A DNA stretch of 64,000 nt from Octopus vulgaris (lineage: Eukaryota). The position numbers were made by a program, and so were the translations under genes. This document shows, in pieces, positions 15,368-28,649 of the stretch. The first letter of the stretch is position 1; the number at the start of each line of letters is the position of its first letter. The stretch is taken from assembly GCA_951406725.2 (NCBI GenBank), contig OX597828.1:72292001-72356000 (forward strand), read 5' to 3'. A model generated the notes under the pieces. It was not told the DNA's origin. It was given only the letters and a program-made list of their open reading frames with translations, and did no database searches.

Positions 15368-15529
15368 GACACACACACACACACAAAACGATGGTAATCG
15401 TGTATTATTTTTAACACGTTCGTGCACACTAAAACGTAAATGGCATTTGCTGTGAGATATTGTTTCCCACAGTGCTTGGAAAATAAATTCAGGAATTTTG
15501 ATTAAAAGTTTTAATTTAGATCACTTTAA

Positions 15530-15755
15530 CCCTTTTGTTACCATATTCCTGATGAAGAACACGGTCTTTGTTTCGATTAATTCAAAAAGTAAGGAAGAAT
15601 TTTGTCAAATAACTTTTGTCGTTATTAATCTGGTGCTCGGGAACGGAAATCAACAAGAAATTTTGACGAAAGGTTTCAGCTTCGATAATTTAAAAACAGG
15701 AAGTTTATATCAAAGAACCAGGAATGGTTTCCGATGGATTGGGATAAAAAAAGGG
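15530..15755. mobile_element. Possible piggyBac-like MITE
   Basis: TTAA-CCCTTT left end and AAAGGG right end. The right TTAA is degenerate. Confidence 0.35.
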
Positions 15756-15850
15756 CAACCTGGAAAAAATATTGGCGGAGATGGGGCGGGAGTCAATTCA
15801 CAAGTATTTAAATGGATTTTGCGATAGATAAATATAAAGCATATGCTTAC

Positions 15851-16231
15851 CGGAAGTGGAATATGCCGATTGCTGAGGAAAATTTGGATTTATCTGAACA
15901 ACATTGAATGCACTTCCGCTCTGATTATGCATTGGCGATTGGATGTAGCCATTTTGATTGGCTGGAATTGCTGTATACGAAGAAACACCCGGCGAGCCAT
16001 AGTAATTATCTGTGCACGGGTATTGGTGGTGTGTTTGCGACAAAGATTCCGATGCATAAGGGTAGTTACAGGGTATGTCCAGCTTTTCTGTTTGTTTGGT
16101 TGGGTAGGAAGCTGCAGTAGGGGAATAGTGGTGAGATGACCGGAAGACCGTAGGGCTGCAATATGGTCCCGTGTTGTAGTTGTTCAGATATGTGTTGCTA
16201 TGAGAATTATACTGGTTGTCATGGTGATTGG
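15851..16231 (-). CDS. RFX6: RFX6 exon, Y/N/S/P-rich low-complexity region (NHHDNQYNSHS...TVFRSS...QQSAYSTS)
   Basis: tacccag / gtaagc, 381 nt open frame, phase 1-1 compatible with both neighbours. TVFR motif as in RFX6. Confidence 0.85.
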
Positions 16232-16362
16232 CTGGGTAAATTAAAAATAGCAAAAAATATTACTTTAACATTTGATTTCAAAAATTATTATTATTATTAT
16301 TGATTGATTGATTGATTGATTCTAGTTTCAGCTTATGAGCTGTGGCCATGCTGGGGCACCGC

Positions 16363-16428
<66 letters not shown>

Positions 16429-16430
16429 GA

Positions 16431-17000
16431 AGGCGGCGAGCTGGCAGAAACGTTAGCACGCCGGGCGAAATGCTTAGCAGTATTTCGGCTGTCATTACGT
16501 TCTGAGTTCAAATTCTGCCGAGGTCGACTTTGCCTTTCATCCTTTCGCGGTCGATTACATAAGTACCAGTTACGCACTGGGGTCAGTATAATCGAATTAA
16601 TCCGTTTGTCTGTCCTTGTTTGTCCCCTCTGTGCATAGCCCCTTGTGGGCAGTAAAGAAATAAGAAACGTTGACAAGCCGGACGTGAAGCTTAGCGGCAT
16701 TTCGTCTGTCTTTACGTTCTGAGTTCAAATTCTGTCGGAGTCGACTTTGCCTTTCATCCTTTCGGGGTTGATAAAGTAAGTACCAGTAATCGACTTAACC
16801 CCTTCTCAGTAACGGCTGGCCTTGTGCCAAACTTTGAAACCATCATTATTATTGAGGCGGCGAGCTGGCAAAACCGCTAGCACGCCGGACAAAATGCTTA
16901 GCGGCATTTCGTCCGTCCTTACGTTCTGAGCTTAAATTTCATTCACCGATGTTGACTTTGCCTCTCGTCCTACCGGAGTCGATAAAGTAAGTACCAGTTG
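16431..17000 (+). mobile_element. tRNA-derived SINE family A, tandem cluster of about 3 copies
   Basis: Head GGCGGCGAGCTGGCAGAA..GAGTTCAAATT (A/B boxes) and central GCCTTTCATCCTTTCGGGGTCGATAAA..AGTACCAG (Deu/Nin-like domain, from memory). More than 15 related copies occur in the window. Confidence 0.85.
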
Positions 17001-17440
17001 GATGGGGATGTAAACAAACCGACATTGTTTGTCACACGGGGTAGGAGAAGACAATCAGACAGACACACACACACACGCACTTCCCCTCCACACGAAAGAT
17101 TTCCATAGAGCTTCCGTCCACCAAATTCATTTAGAAAGCATCGGTCGGCCCAGGGCTAAAGTAGAAGAACCTTGTCTAAGGTGCCACACGGTGGGACTGA
17201 ACCATTAACCAAGTGGTTACAATGCAAACGTCTTAACCACACACCCATGCCTGTGCCTAGATCTGTAATCTGATTCCGCAAACGATTTATTTCTTCATCA
17301 AACGACTCCCAATTATCTAGTTAATTAGCAGGAATACATTTCAGTAAATTATTTCACCAACGCAGAGAGAATGGAGACGAAGACAAAGTGAGTCTGGGTC
17401 GGACTTTGAAAAGTATCCAGACGTTGACTATGGTACTTAC

Positions 17441-17591
17441 GATAATAATATGTTGAGGGTGCGGCTGGCATCGAGGGAGGCGTGGTACCGGTGCATGGAA
17501 TGTGATTGGTTGGCGGATTGATAACACTTGGTCTGAGTGAGATTCTTGGAGACATTGGCGGTGTAGCCACATGACCTCCACCGTTTAAAGC
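17441..17591 (-). CDS. RFX6: RFX6 exon: ALNGGGHVATPPMSPRISLRPSVINPPTNHIPCTGTTPPSMPAAPSTYYY
   Basis: tttgtag / gtaagt, 151 nt, phase 0-1. GHxxTPPxSP..R.SVIN matches RFX6 [20 protein letters not shown]. Confidence 0.9.
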
Positions 17592-17980
17592 CTACAAATA
17601 CAAATAAAGGCGACAGTTTGATAAAATCGTCAAACTGAGAAAGGAATTTCAAAATAATAATTTTTACTCGAAACAAAATCAAATCTGAGAAATTTGGACG
17701 ACAATAAATTAAAATTTATATTACTGGTATTCATTGTTTTCGACCCAGAACGAAGGAACAAAGAAAAAAAGAAGAAAAAAAAAACGAAGAAATAATGAAT
17801 TTTCAAATTTATTATGAGTCTAATAGTCAATGCATAAATAGTTTTGGTTCGCTACATTTAGCATATTAGCAGAAATCTAAGTATTTTCTTTATATGCAGA
17901 ATGTGTCCCTAGGTAATTCTTCCACCCCAGTCTTTTTTTTTAGTTTGCCATGCCATTCAGTATTTATACACCTCCTCACA

Positions 17981-18018
<38 letters not shown>

Positions 18019-18020
18019 CA

Positions 18021-18113
<93 letters not shown>

Positions 18114-18275
18114 CACATTTATCACAGGTCTGCTAAAAGTCAATGAAATCTATACTGAGGTGGTGTAATATCACCAAAACGCATGGAGTTATCCTCTGAA
18201 TTCAAATTAAAATTTCATTAGAAATACTGCATTTCTAAATCTCTCAGAGAGAGACTTATACAGTAGCAGCACAAT

Positions 18276-18494
18276 AAAGTGATGGTTTGTTGCCGACTGA
18301 ATGTGGCAGTGCCATGAAAGGGAAGAATGGCTACGTGACACAAGCGTACTGTGTCCTTATGTCTTCAAACATAAGGACACAGTATGCTTGTGTCACGTAG
18401 CCAACCAGAAACGGTGTTTCTTGGGGCTAAATAGCAGTGAAATTCTTCCCTTTCATGGGACTGCCACATTAAGTTGGCAACAAACCATCACTTT
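18276..18494. mobile_element. MITE with about 52-bp TIRs and a nested internal hairpin (Kolobok-like termini)
   Basis: AAAGTGATGGTTTGTTGCC..GGGAAGAAT / ATTCTTCCC..GGCAACAAACCATCACTTT. Inner 35-bp-arm hairpin at 18328-18403. Flanks resemble TTAA. Confidence 0.75.
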
Positions 18495-18573
18495 TAAATT
18501 TCATTATTTTTGAATTAATTTAACTTTTCTAGTTATCATCCTTAGCAACAGGACCAGGATTCGTTTCCCTCCT

Positions 18574-18643
<70 letters not shown>

Positions 18644-18647
<4 letters not shown>

Positions 18648-18829
18648 AGAGTTTACGAAAAAAACAAAAGACGAAGACAGGTGGTGTACAAAACAAACAG
18701 ATGTATTAGTATAACGCTCAGCAATAGAAAAAGTCTTTTACGTTTCGAGCCTACGCTCTTCTACAGAAAGGGGCACAGAAAAAACAAGGAGAGAAAAAAA
18801 TGTGTGTAGAGGCTAACGATCTAACATGG

Positions 18830-18832
<3 letters not shown>
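18644..18832 (-). mobile_element. Short insert in (TA)n carrying a minimal hammerhead (18734-18770)
   Basis: Minus strand reads CTTT-CTGTAGA-A-GAGC gtag GCTC-GAAAC-GTA-AAAG. Stems I and II are perfect, with one core substitution (A6>U). Confidence 0.65.
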
Positions 18833-18908
<76 letters not shown>

Positions 18909-19006
18909 TGTGTGTGTGTATGTGTGTGTCTGTGTGTGTCTGTGTGTGTGTGTGTACAAATATATACATGTTAACATAAATAGTAAAGATATAGATAAAC
19001 AGTTAC

Positions 19007-19239
19007 TTGTGTCATGGCGTTTAAATCATTCAAATGGTTGGACATAGAATACGGTTCCCTAATGTCGGAAGCGGACATGCTCTCGAAAGAATCGATATCA
19101 TTCATTTGATCGGTCATATCCAAAAATCGCTGTTCCTGTTTGATCGAAGAGAAGTGCTTCGGGGTGCTGACGCTTCGGTTGGCAAGAAAGCAGGTACCCG
19201 GGGCGTTGGACGAGAAATTTTGCCGGACACCTTTGTCAT
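19007..19239 (-). CDS. RFX6: RFX6 exon: (D)DKGVRQNFSSNAPGTCFLANRSVSTPKHFSSIKQEQ...NDLNAMTQ
   Basis: tttcacag / gtaact, 233 nt, phase 1-0, open frame. CFLANR motif shared with vertebrate RFX6. Confidence 0.9.
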
Positions 19240-19295
19240 CTGTGAAATAAAGAATTATAATATAAGACTACATCATCATCACCATCATCATCATT

Positions 19296-19344
<49 letters not shown>

Positions 19345-19345
<1 letters not shown>

Positions 19346-19700
19346 AAAAGAAGGCCTCTAGGGATGATCGAGAAACACCACTGCCGGAGATTTCCCTGAA
19401 ACCCCAAGAGCAAGTGCCCTCCCCAATTCCTTCTCTCCGACACACAGGTCTACACTTAAAGAGGTACCATCCACTCTTGCCATTTTCGTAACTTTCACCC
19501 ACCTCTCAATAAACTCACTCAAGGACAGCACTTTCCCCCCCATTCTCAATTTCCTCTTCAAGTGAAACTTGAAGAATTCAATGAGAGCTCTACCAAAGAG
19601 GAATGGATCTGTCCTCATGCCGTTCAGTCTTGTCCACCAAACAACCTCTTTCGCCACAGCCACCTGGCAAAGGAAGACTGCCTTGGCTGCCCGACTTCCG
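19345..19700 (-). mobile_element. 3' end of a Tx1/L1-like LINE
   Basis: FLCQVAVAKEVVWWTRLNG..LIEFFKFHLKRKLR..LSEFIERW resembles the Tx1 ORF2 C-terminus. Ends in a (GAT)n tract. Confidence 0.6.
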
Positions 19701-19930
19701 CTCATGATCAGGGATGCACATATTGTCAGCCACCAATGAACATGCTCAATTGGTTAAGGTCAAACAACTGACAAGCAAATCTGTTGGTATTGAGCAGAAT
19801 ATTTGCTGTAGGCCATCTTTTATACCAAGACAAAACAGTGTACAGGATAACACTTCCAATCAGTTAAGATCAAAATCCACGAGAGCCACTGTCTGATACT
19901 GCATCAGGGCATAGCCACTACCTGGTACTA
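19701..19930 (-). mobile_element. 5' part of the 550-bp element, fused to the Tx1-like 3' end
   Basis: Matches copies 1 and 2 up to GAGC(A/G)GAAGT, then switches to Tx1-like sequence. Confidence 0.75.
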
Positions 19931-19998
<68 letters not shown>

Positions 19999-20126
19999 CG
20001 CTGAGGTCGATTTTGCCTTTCATCCTTTCGAGGTCGATAAATTAAATACCAGTCAAACACTAGGGGTCAATGTAATCGACTCATCCCCTCCACCAAAATT
20101 GCTGCCCTTGCGGCAAAATTTGAAAC

Positions 20127-20258
<132 letters not shown>

Positions 20259-20429
20259 ATTTGACTCAGGTTTGGTCTTATTTCATCCATCCATCCATCC
20301 ATCCATCCATCTATACATACATACATCCATCCATCCATCCATCCATCCATACATGCATACATACATACATCCATACATACATACATACATACATACATCC
20401 ATCCATCCATACATACATACATAGGCGTA

Positions 20430-20590
20430 GACGAAAATGTATCATCTGAAGGCACTGTGAATAAAGATAGACTGACCAAGAATATTACACCAGACTTTGG
20501 AAAATATGGCAGTTGGAACCCTCCCCTTACAACGAAACAATATCCCACAATGCACTTGCTGTACCAGTGCTGAGCCCAACATTTGGGATA
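20430..20590 (+). mobile_element. Internal RT-region fragment of an RLE-type LINE
   Basis: Frameshifted [38 protein letters not shown]. Confidence 0.6.
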
Positions 20591-21333
20591 TATAATATTT
20601 ATATATATGTGTGTGTGTGGGTGTGTCTGTCGGTATCTTATCTTTTACTTGCTTCAGTCATTAGAGTGTGGTCATGCTGGGGCACCGCCTTGAAGAGTTT
20701 TCCGTCGAATGAATCGACCCCAGTACACATTCAATCGTCCCCTTTTGCCGAACCGCTAAGTTATGGGGACGTAAACACACCAAACGGTAGTGGTGGGGGG
20801 AACACAGACAAACAGACAGACACTCAACGGGCTACTTTACACACACACACGCACACATGCGACAGGCTTCCTTCAGTTTCCGTCTAGTAATCCACTCACA
20901 AGGTTTTGGTCTGCTCGAGGCCATTGTAGAAGACTCTTATCTAAAGTGTCGTGCAGGGGTATTGAACCCGGAACTATGAAGTTGGGAAGCAAACTTCTTA
21001 CCACAGAGCCATGTATGTACATAGTAAATTATGAGTGTATACAGCAGCCGATCAGGTCCGTTATACGAAATTGGTCAAGAATTATTGCAGACAAGTTATT
21101 TGCTAACCGGAATATGGAAATCAGTCAGTGAAAAATATTCTTTACTCGTAAAATATAAAGTATTTTTTCCCTTTAAATTCGTTTCAGGATATGATAAAAA
21201 TATTCCCAGATGTTTTTGGACCAAATTCTTTCTGCTGTTAGATACGAACGATGTAGACATACTAATAAATTATATTTATGAAAGTAGTGTTGGGGTAGGC
21301 TCTAGAGCTTGATGGAGTGACAAAACAGACATC

Positions 21334-21423
<90 letters not shown>

Positions 21424-21984
21424 TGCTCTCAAGTGCTATAAAATTGAACCATGAAGTGGTCCGGGTGTTGTTTAAAGTAGTTTAAGTTGCTACTTAATTC
21501 AATTTCTTGTGTCTAATTAGGCTAATTGCTGCTCAAGACGAATATAAACTGTCTGTGAGTTTATTGACCAAAATATTCTATATAGCTTTTAATTTGGTTA
21601 AGATAAGATTTCTGGCTCGATTCGTTTGACTGAAAATCTGCAAGGCGGTACCCCAGTATGGCCGCAGTCTAATGATTGGAACAAGTCAGAATATAAGATT
21701 AAGACATGGAACCCTTCTGATTCCGTTCTTGTAGGCACTGATCCGTTTCGGTTGTTGAACCGTCCCCACTTTTCTCAGACCTGGAATGCTTCCTATCGGC
21801 TGACAGTTGCAGTTGTCGAGGTGTTGCTGATATTGTTTAACCCTAGGTAATCCTGATCGAGCAGATTTATGATCAAGTCGTTCCAACAGCAGCAGTTCTG
21901 TCTTTGTGGCTTTTTATGGTATTAGGCTAAGATTTGAGGGAGATTTCTTTGCTATTTCTAACTGCAACTAAAAAAGGGAACCTT

Positions 21985-22222
21985 AGAGCCATGCCGACTC
22001 ATAAGGGCCGGTTTCCTGGTTTCGTGGTGTATATATATTCCCCACCTGGATGAGACACCAGTTCGTCGCAGGGTTACTTCTTTTTGCCAGCTGAGAAGAC
22101 TGGGGCAACATGAAATGAAGTGTCTTGCTCAAGAACACAATGTATCGCTCGATACAGGAATCGAAACCACAATTTTACGATCATGAGTCCAACACGTTAA
22201 CCACTAAGCCACGCGCCTCCAC
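21985..22222 (-). mobile_element. SINE with family D head and an alternative tail (second copy at 32418-32660, plus strand)
   Basis: Same head, with tail GAAACCGGCCCTTAT(G/T)AGTCGGCAT. Confidence 0.75.
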
Positions 22223-22372
22223 TAAGTTACCAACTAGGATGGGACGAAAGTCGTTTAACATAATCAACAACTGCACACCTTCGAGAAGGTGTCCAAATTG
22301 AACCTGGATACTAATGTCTGAAAGTGCATCACTACCAGCTAACTGCTACGTTATATCCTTTGGACCATTCGC

Positions 22373-23092
22373 CGGGCGAAATGCTAAGCAGTATTTCGTC
22401 TGCCGCTACGTTCTGAGTTCAAATTCCGCCGAGGTCGACTTTGTCTTTCATCCTTTCGGGATCAATGACATAAGTACCAGTTACGCACTGGGGTCGATAT
22501 AATCGACTTGATCCGTTTGTCTGTCCTTGTGTGTTCCCTCTGTGTTTAGCCCCTTGTGGGTAGTAAAGAAATAGGTTAAACTGGAACGCCTGATATCCAA
22601 TACGGTCTTTGATAGTTGAGCGTGAAGTGAGGGATATTTGGCTGTTATTTATAGCAATTCGTACGACCACGTAAAGGATCCCTTTGCTTTCTTTTTATGT
22701 CATTGTTGTGTTGTTGTTTAGCCTCAGATCTGTCCTGATGGAGCAGACATCTGATCAAAGACATTCCATCCGTGACCATCCAGACATCGTGTACTTCTCT
22801 GATATTCAAATATGAGACTGGAGGAAATATGTTATTTCAAACGGGTCGGGTAATCACTTAGTGACCCCCACTTTTTTCGACGTGGCTGGTTTCATTTCAT
22901 CTACATCAGTGCCTGAAACTTGGGGGAGAGGGACAGTCGATTACATTGACCCCAGTGCTCAGCTGGTACTTATGTCATCGACCCCGAAAGGATGAAAGGT
23001 AAAGTCGACCTCGGCGGAATTTGAACTCAGAACGTAGCGGCAGACGAAATACCGCTAAGCATTTCGCCCGGCCTGCTCACGATTCTACCAAC
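22373..23092. mobile_element. Inverted pair of family A SINEs (22373-22575 plus, 22918-23092 minus)
   Basis: Highly similar copies in opposite orientation, about 350 bp apart. Confidence 0.8.
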
Positions 23093-24699
23093 TCTAATTA
23101 TAATGCTTTCAAGTTTTACTAGAAGGCCAAGAATTTCAAGGGAGGGGCATGTCGGGATTACATCTGCAATCACTTTGACACCTGACGCGTGGCACACTGT
23201 GCACCTATCCAAGTAATGTCGATTTGATGGAGGAAGTGAGCTAAGGTACAGAACAAATATTTGACCCCTATAAACATATCATTTGTGCAGGTTGTCCTGC
23301 AAGAAATTGCGAAACCCTCATCTTTGCTTAAGAACACAACGCATCGTCTATTCTGAGAATCGAAACCACAATCTTGCGATTGCGAATGCAACATCCTAAC
23401 CACTAGAACACACCAAACCTTCACTATGTTTATTATATATATATACATACACACACACATATATATATTTATATGAGTGTGTGTATTCTTTTTTCTTTTA
23501 TTTTACTTGTTTCAGTTATTTGACTGCGGCCATGTTGGAGCACCGCCTTTAGTCGAACAAATCGACCCCAGGACTTTTCTTTGTAAGCCTGGTACTTATT
23601 CTATCGGTCTCTTTTTGCCGAGGGGACAAGCACAGACATACAAATACACACACACACACACACACACACACGCACGCACACACACTCATGCACACACGCA
23701 CATGCATATATATACGACGGGCTTCTTTCAGTTTCCGTCTACCAAATCCACACAGAAGACTTTGGTCGGTCCGGGGCTATAGTAGAAGACACTTGCCCAA
23801 GGTGCCACGCAGTGGAACTGAACTCTGAACCATGTGGTTGGGAAGCAAGCCTCTTACCACAAAGCCACTCCTGCACCTATATATATATGTATATATACAT
23901 ATATACATATATACATATATACACTCAGGGAAGAATGTCATGCAATATATTAAAAAGAATTAAAAGATTATGACTCACAAAAAACAAAAACAAAAACAAA
24001 AACTAAACTACAACTAAAGGAGGGAAACCTTCCCAGACAAGGGTGAGAACTTAGTCCCCAAGTACATTTAGGGTACACTCACGAATCTGACAACTTTCTA
24101 CCCGGATCATCTTATGAAAAAGGAAGTTCTCAGAGAAAGTAAGACATTCTCACAAACATATTAATCAACTGACATCGGCCACAACAGACACGAAACCATT
24201 GAACACAGAAATAGAAAAAAAAAGCAAAAAAAAAGCAAAAACAATAAACAAAAACAACAAAATCCAGAACAAAACAAAACAAACAAAGACAATTCCCCTA
24301 CAGCAACAGATTTTGGGGTTGGTGCAGTCCTTTCATAACTTCAAGATAACGAATGATACGGGTGGGTGTTTAGGGTAGGGGCGATAAAATAACCCGTGTC
24401 ATAAATTATAGCCTAAAGCTGTTTCATTGTTCGGAACCCGATGTCAGTTCGGTTTGAACAAATTGAAGCTCTTCCTCCATTGTATTCTGTCTTTCATAAC
24501 TAAAGGACATATCGAAGAGATTAAACTCCATAAAGACATATCTAACCTCCCCCCTCCTCTTGCCCTCTTCTCGTCTCTCTTCGCCGAAGCGTTCTCAGTA
24601 GTTTATTTTACTCTCACACAAAACAACACTTCATTACATAAATCCGTTACACTTGTTTTCCATTTATAAAACAAGCCTCTATAGTTTTCTCATTACAAT

Positions 24700-25023
24700 C
24701 AAAGACTCCGCCGGTTACGACGACGAGGGTCCCAGCTGATACGATCAACGGAACAGCTTGCTCGTGAAATTAACGTGCAAATGGCTGAGCATTCCACAGA
24801 CACGTGTACCCTTAACGTAGTTCTCGGGGATAATCAGCGTGACACAGAGAGTGACAAGGCTGACCCTTTGAAATACAAGTACAACTCATTTTTGCCAGCT
24901 GAGTGGACTGGAGCAACGTGAAATAAAGTGTCTTGCTCAAGGACACAACGCGTCGCCGGGAATCGAACTCACAACCTTACGATCATGAGTCGAATGCCTT
25001 AACCACTAAGCCACGCGCCCTCA
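24700..25023 (-). mobile_element. tRNA-derived SINE family D with 11-bp TSD
   Basis: Head GGCGCGTGGCTTAGTGGTTA..GTTCGATTCCC..TGTGTCCTTGAGCAAGACAC. TSD CTCATTACAAT at 24689-24699 and 25024-25034. The 3' half is shared with family C. Confidence 0.88.
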
Positions 25024-27525
25024 CTCATTACAATAAACCTTAACTCTTCCTACCAATTCATTAAGCTCACTCACACTCATCCACCACGTTCTATTTTTAC
25101 ATTAATTTTAATTAATTTAGGATTATGTAATGACATTTGCCTCTTGCAACGGATATCATTTAAACTCCATATTTCCCGGCGTTTAGGGCGCCACGTCTTC
25201 TCACTGAACATTACAGTTTTCATGCGACAAATTTAGCCTCAGAGCAGAGTTGTCTACGGTAAAACCTACCACATCTCTCTACTGCAAAAGCGAAATAAAA
25301 ATGCTGCTTATAAGTGATCAACAGGGTTTATATGTCAATAAACCATCGGTAAAATATCAAACTAAAGTATACGAAACCGTTGTAGGGCCTCCGTTGACTA
25401 ATTTTGACTATATACTTGTGCTTGTATATGCAGGTCTGGACAATATTTCTTTGGGAGTAAAACCGGCAGTTGTCCATGCATACGAGTCTCCTCTTCACCA
25501 CGCCACTGATGTTTATCCGAAGGAACGGCCACCGATTGGAGCCAATGCAGTTTGGTACCCGTGTCGTCGCAGATGTTGCTGTCAGAACGGAAAAAGCGGG
25601 AACAAACACCACGCGAGGTATTCATTCTATTGAACACCCTAACGACTCGGCCAATTCGACACCTTGACTGTCAAAAAGGGCAAGTGTGAGGCCTTGTTAT
25701 CTTTATGTTTATGTCCATTGTTGTTTCAAAACTTTCAAGTCAAAATGAATGGCTATCTTAGGACGAAGCGTCCTTGACCCCGAGAAAGACGTTGATTAAA
25801 ATATCGTAGCTCATCACAGCAGATCTCTTATCACTCAACTTATTCGATATTGTTGCAGTTTGACTGCTGATCACGGGAGAGCTCAACTCTATGTATTCTT
25901 TGAGATGTCTCTCAGAATTATATATTCAATATATATTCCAAAAATAAAACGGCGAGCTGGCAGAGCCGTTAGTACGCCGGACAAAATGCTTAGCAGTATT
26001 TCGTACGTTTTTACGTCCTGAGTTCAAAATCCGCCGAGGGTTAGCTTTGCTTTTCATCCTTTTGTAGTCGATAAAGTAAGTACCAGTTGGACACTGGGGT
26101 GGATATTATCTTCCCCCGAAATTACTGGCCAAAATTTGAAACTTCTTATTTAAACGCAACCAAATTTTCGTCCCTCTTTCAGTTCTACTCGCATCTTTGC
26201 AAACCAATATCGAGAGACACATCTAAAAATCCAGACTTCAGGCGTCTTAGAGAATCTTTTTGAAGTGTTCGATTCTTCACGCGTCACTCTAAAGTTGTTG
26301 ATGGATGTATCGTTCAACAATGTTTAATCAAATAAATTTTAATTAATATATCTACCATATTAAAGTAAATGATTATTAAATGTAGATTGATAGAATCGTT
26401 AGAAAGTCAGAAATAAATTTCTTCTGCTATTTAGTTACGGACACTTACGTTCCGAGTTCAAATTTCGTCGACGCCAACTTTGAGATTCCATCATTCTTGT
26501 GGTCGATAAAATAACGTACCGATTCAAAGACTGGGAACGATTTTATCGTCTGTACTCATTATCCTAATAAATTCTATAGATTCTGAGACTTTGACTCTAT
26601 CAGGAATCAGTATTAACGTAGAACCATTGTTAGTTTGCAGATAGAATTTGATATGAATATGCAATTGCTCCTGATCACCCAAGCTATTGTAAGGTCCTGT
26701 CGTTTGTTCTACAGAGCATAAATCAATATTATCAGGCATATAAAAACAGTACAAAAAGAAACGATACTATAATCACCTTCACTTCTAGTAAAACCACCAC
26801 CACCACCACCACCACCACCACTACTACTACAACCACAACCATTACTAACTTGCAGCAGTTTTTTGAACAAATATTTGAAATTCAAATGATGCGTCATAAT
26901 TTATGTGAGCGAAATATTTCCCAATGCAATATGGATGATTACATTTGCATATGTCTGACAGGAAGACACATCACTGTTTCTGACATGAAAGAACTTTGTA
27001 TGAATTTTACATAGACGTAAATATATCTGTAAACAAGACAATTTACATTATATTATATTTTATTAAAAGGTGCGTGAAAACGATATTTCCCTCCCGTTTA
27101 TATTATCATTAAAATCAATTGCCAATCATTAAAGTGTTAACAATTCCCTGTTAAATAAAATAGGATACAAGTTTGGAGCAGGATAAAATAAAATTCCTTT
27201 ATTGGCGTTTGTATTTATCTGGTGTATGTTTAAAAACACTGGTAACTGCTCACCGAATGTAAAATGCTAAAATAGTTCAGGCAATATCTCCTGCTTCGTA
27301 GCTATTATTTCAGTTCAGTTTAGTTATCAAAGGTTAAATTTTAATATCAACCACCAGAAAAAGATAATGACTCAAGGCTAATAAAATCAATGGCGGTCTT
27401 TTAAGGCTTCTTGGTTTCTGTGGTAGATTGAAAATAAAAATCAAATATGAGTTTAGTATTAATATATTATAAATAAAGGCGCCCTTTTAAAGCCTACACA
27501 GGCTCATGGGCCCGGATTAAGGAGT

Positions 27526-27840
27526 CTCTCCAAATCGAGTCGCTACTTCTCCGCATTGAGAAGTCATAATTCCGGCACTACGGACATAGGATTAGAATTT
27601 CGCAGGAAATAGTCGCAAGACGGATTCTTCAAGCTGAGCCAACAGACAGGAGACCTCGGAGTTGACTAAGAACGAGATGGACGGATATTATCCATCATCT
27701 CAGTTGGTGACACTTGGGAATCCATCTGGAAAAGTCTAATGACAATTGCTTCTATTGGTACCATACAGAGGAGGTCACTGAGGACACTACCCCACGACCC
27801 TTCCAAGAATAGTGGGAGAAGATGGCTAGAACGATGGATA
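27526..27840 (+). mobile_element. 3' end of an RTE-clade LINE
   Basis: Degenerate IKESLQIESLLLRIEKS..RHYGH.IR..ARRILQAEPTDRRP..RTRWTD. Confidence 0.7.
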
Positions 27841-28389
27841 TATCGCTATTGTTATAAGAAACTATAATGGAAAATTATTCTGTTATTATGGTAAATTATA
27901 ATGGTAAATCTTCAAAAATATTATTTAAAATGTAGATAATAATATACCAACTTGAAGAATGATAGGGAAGAATGCCCAAAACCCAGGGACACCTGTTGCA
28001 TAGTAAAACATAGTAGAGTGAGCACACATCCCAGAGAGGACCCTCCCCCGGGGTTATCTGTTGCTTAAAAATAGTAGAGTAAAACGAGCAATAACATAGT
28101 TGATGTTATACGGAAAGCCAGTGCATTAATGACGTAATTCTCTGGTAAGTCTTCAGAATGAAGAACAATAATTGAGCGGCTGGGTTGACGTACCTAATAC
28201 AGTGACTCCCCACCCAAATTGCTTAAATCTAAAAACGAAGAGAAAATTCTTAGTGCTAACGATGGTGTTTGTCAAAAAAGACAGGGGAGACAATTTCAAA
28301 TTAGAAATTGATTTAAAATGCACTTAACCAATGAAACCTTTATCACATCAGATCATATAAAGACTGTTAAATGCGAGTAAGACAATGCT

Positions 28390-28426
28390 TAGCTGAGAAG
28401 GTTTAATTAAACCGAAACATGTCTGG
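28390..28426 (+). ncRNA. Degenerate minimal hammerhead
   Basis: CTGA-GA-A-GGTTT aatt AAACC-GAAAC-at-GTC. Stem II is perfect, but position 7 is missing and stem I is weak. Confidence 0.5.
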
Positions 28427-28649
28427 AGTTATACTTTTACCACAGCTAAAACTCAATTTCTACTGCAAATTTCCAATTCAATATTTTCTTATCAATTTAA
28501 ATTTCGGAGTTGCTTCCCTTCCCTTTCATGCTCAGAATTCATCAATAAGTTTAATACAAATTTTTTTTACCAATACGTGAATACTTTTAATTAACTAAAA
28601 AATTTTTTTTTGCATTCAGCATTCTGTATGTTAGCGTCTACATCGCAAC

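Noticed and set aside
23925-24200. Possible degraded Tx1-like 3' end (minus), and a possible RTE RT scrap at 43870-43965
   Set aside because: The similarity is too weak to support without a search.
25328-25667. GC-richer stretch with a good minus-strand acceptor, first considered as the RFX6 exon after 29142
   Set aside because: It lacks convincing RFX6 similarity. The exon at 19007-19239 supplies the CFLANR segment in the correct phases.
26709-26897. ORF containing GGFTRS, resembling RFX6 GGFTRKYS
   Set aside because: It derives from a (GGT)n tract, is in the wrong position in the gene order, and the similarity does not extend.
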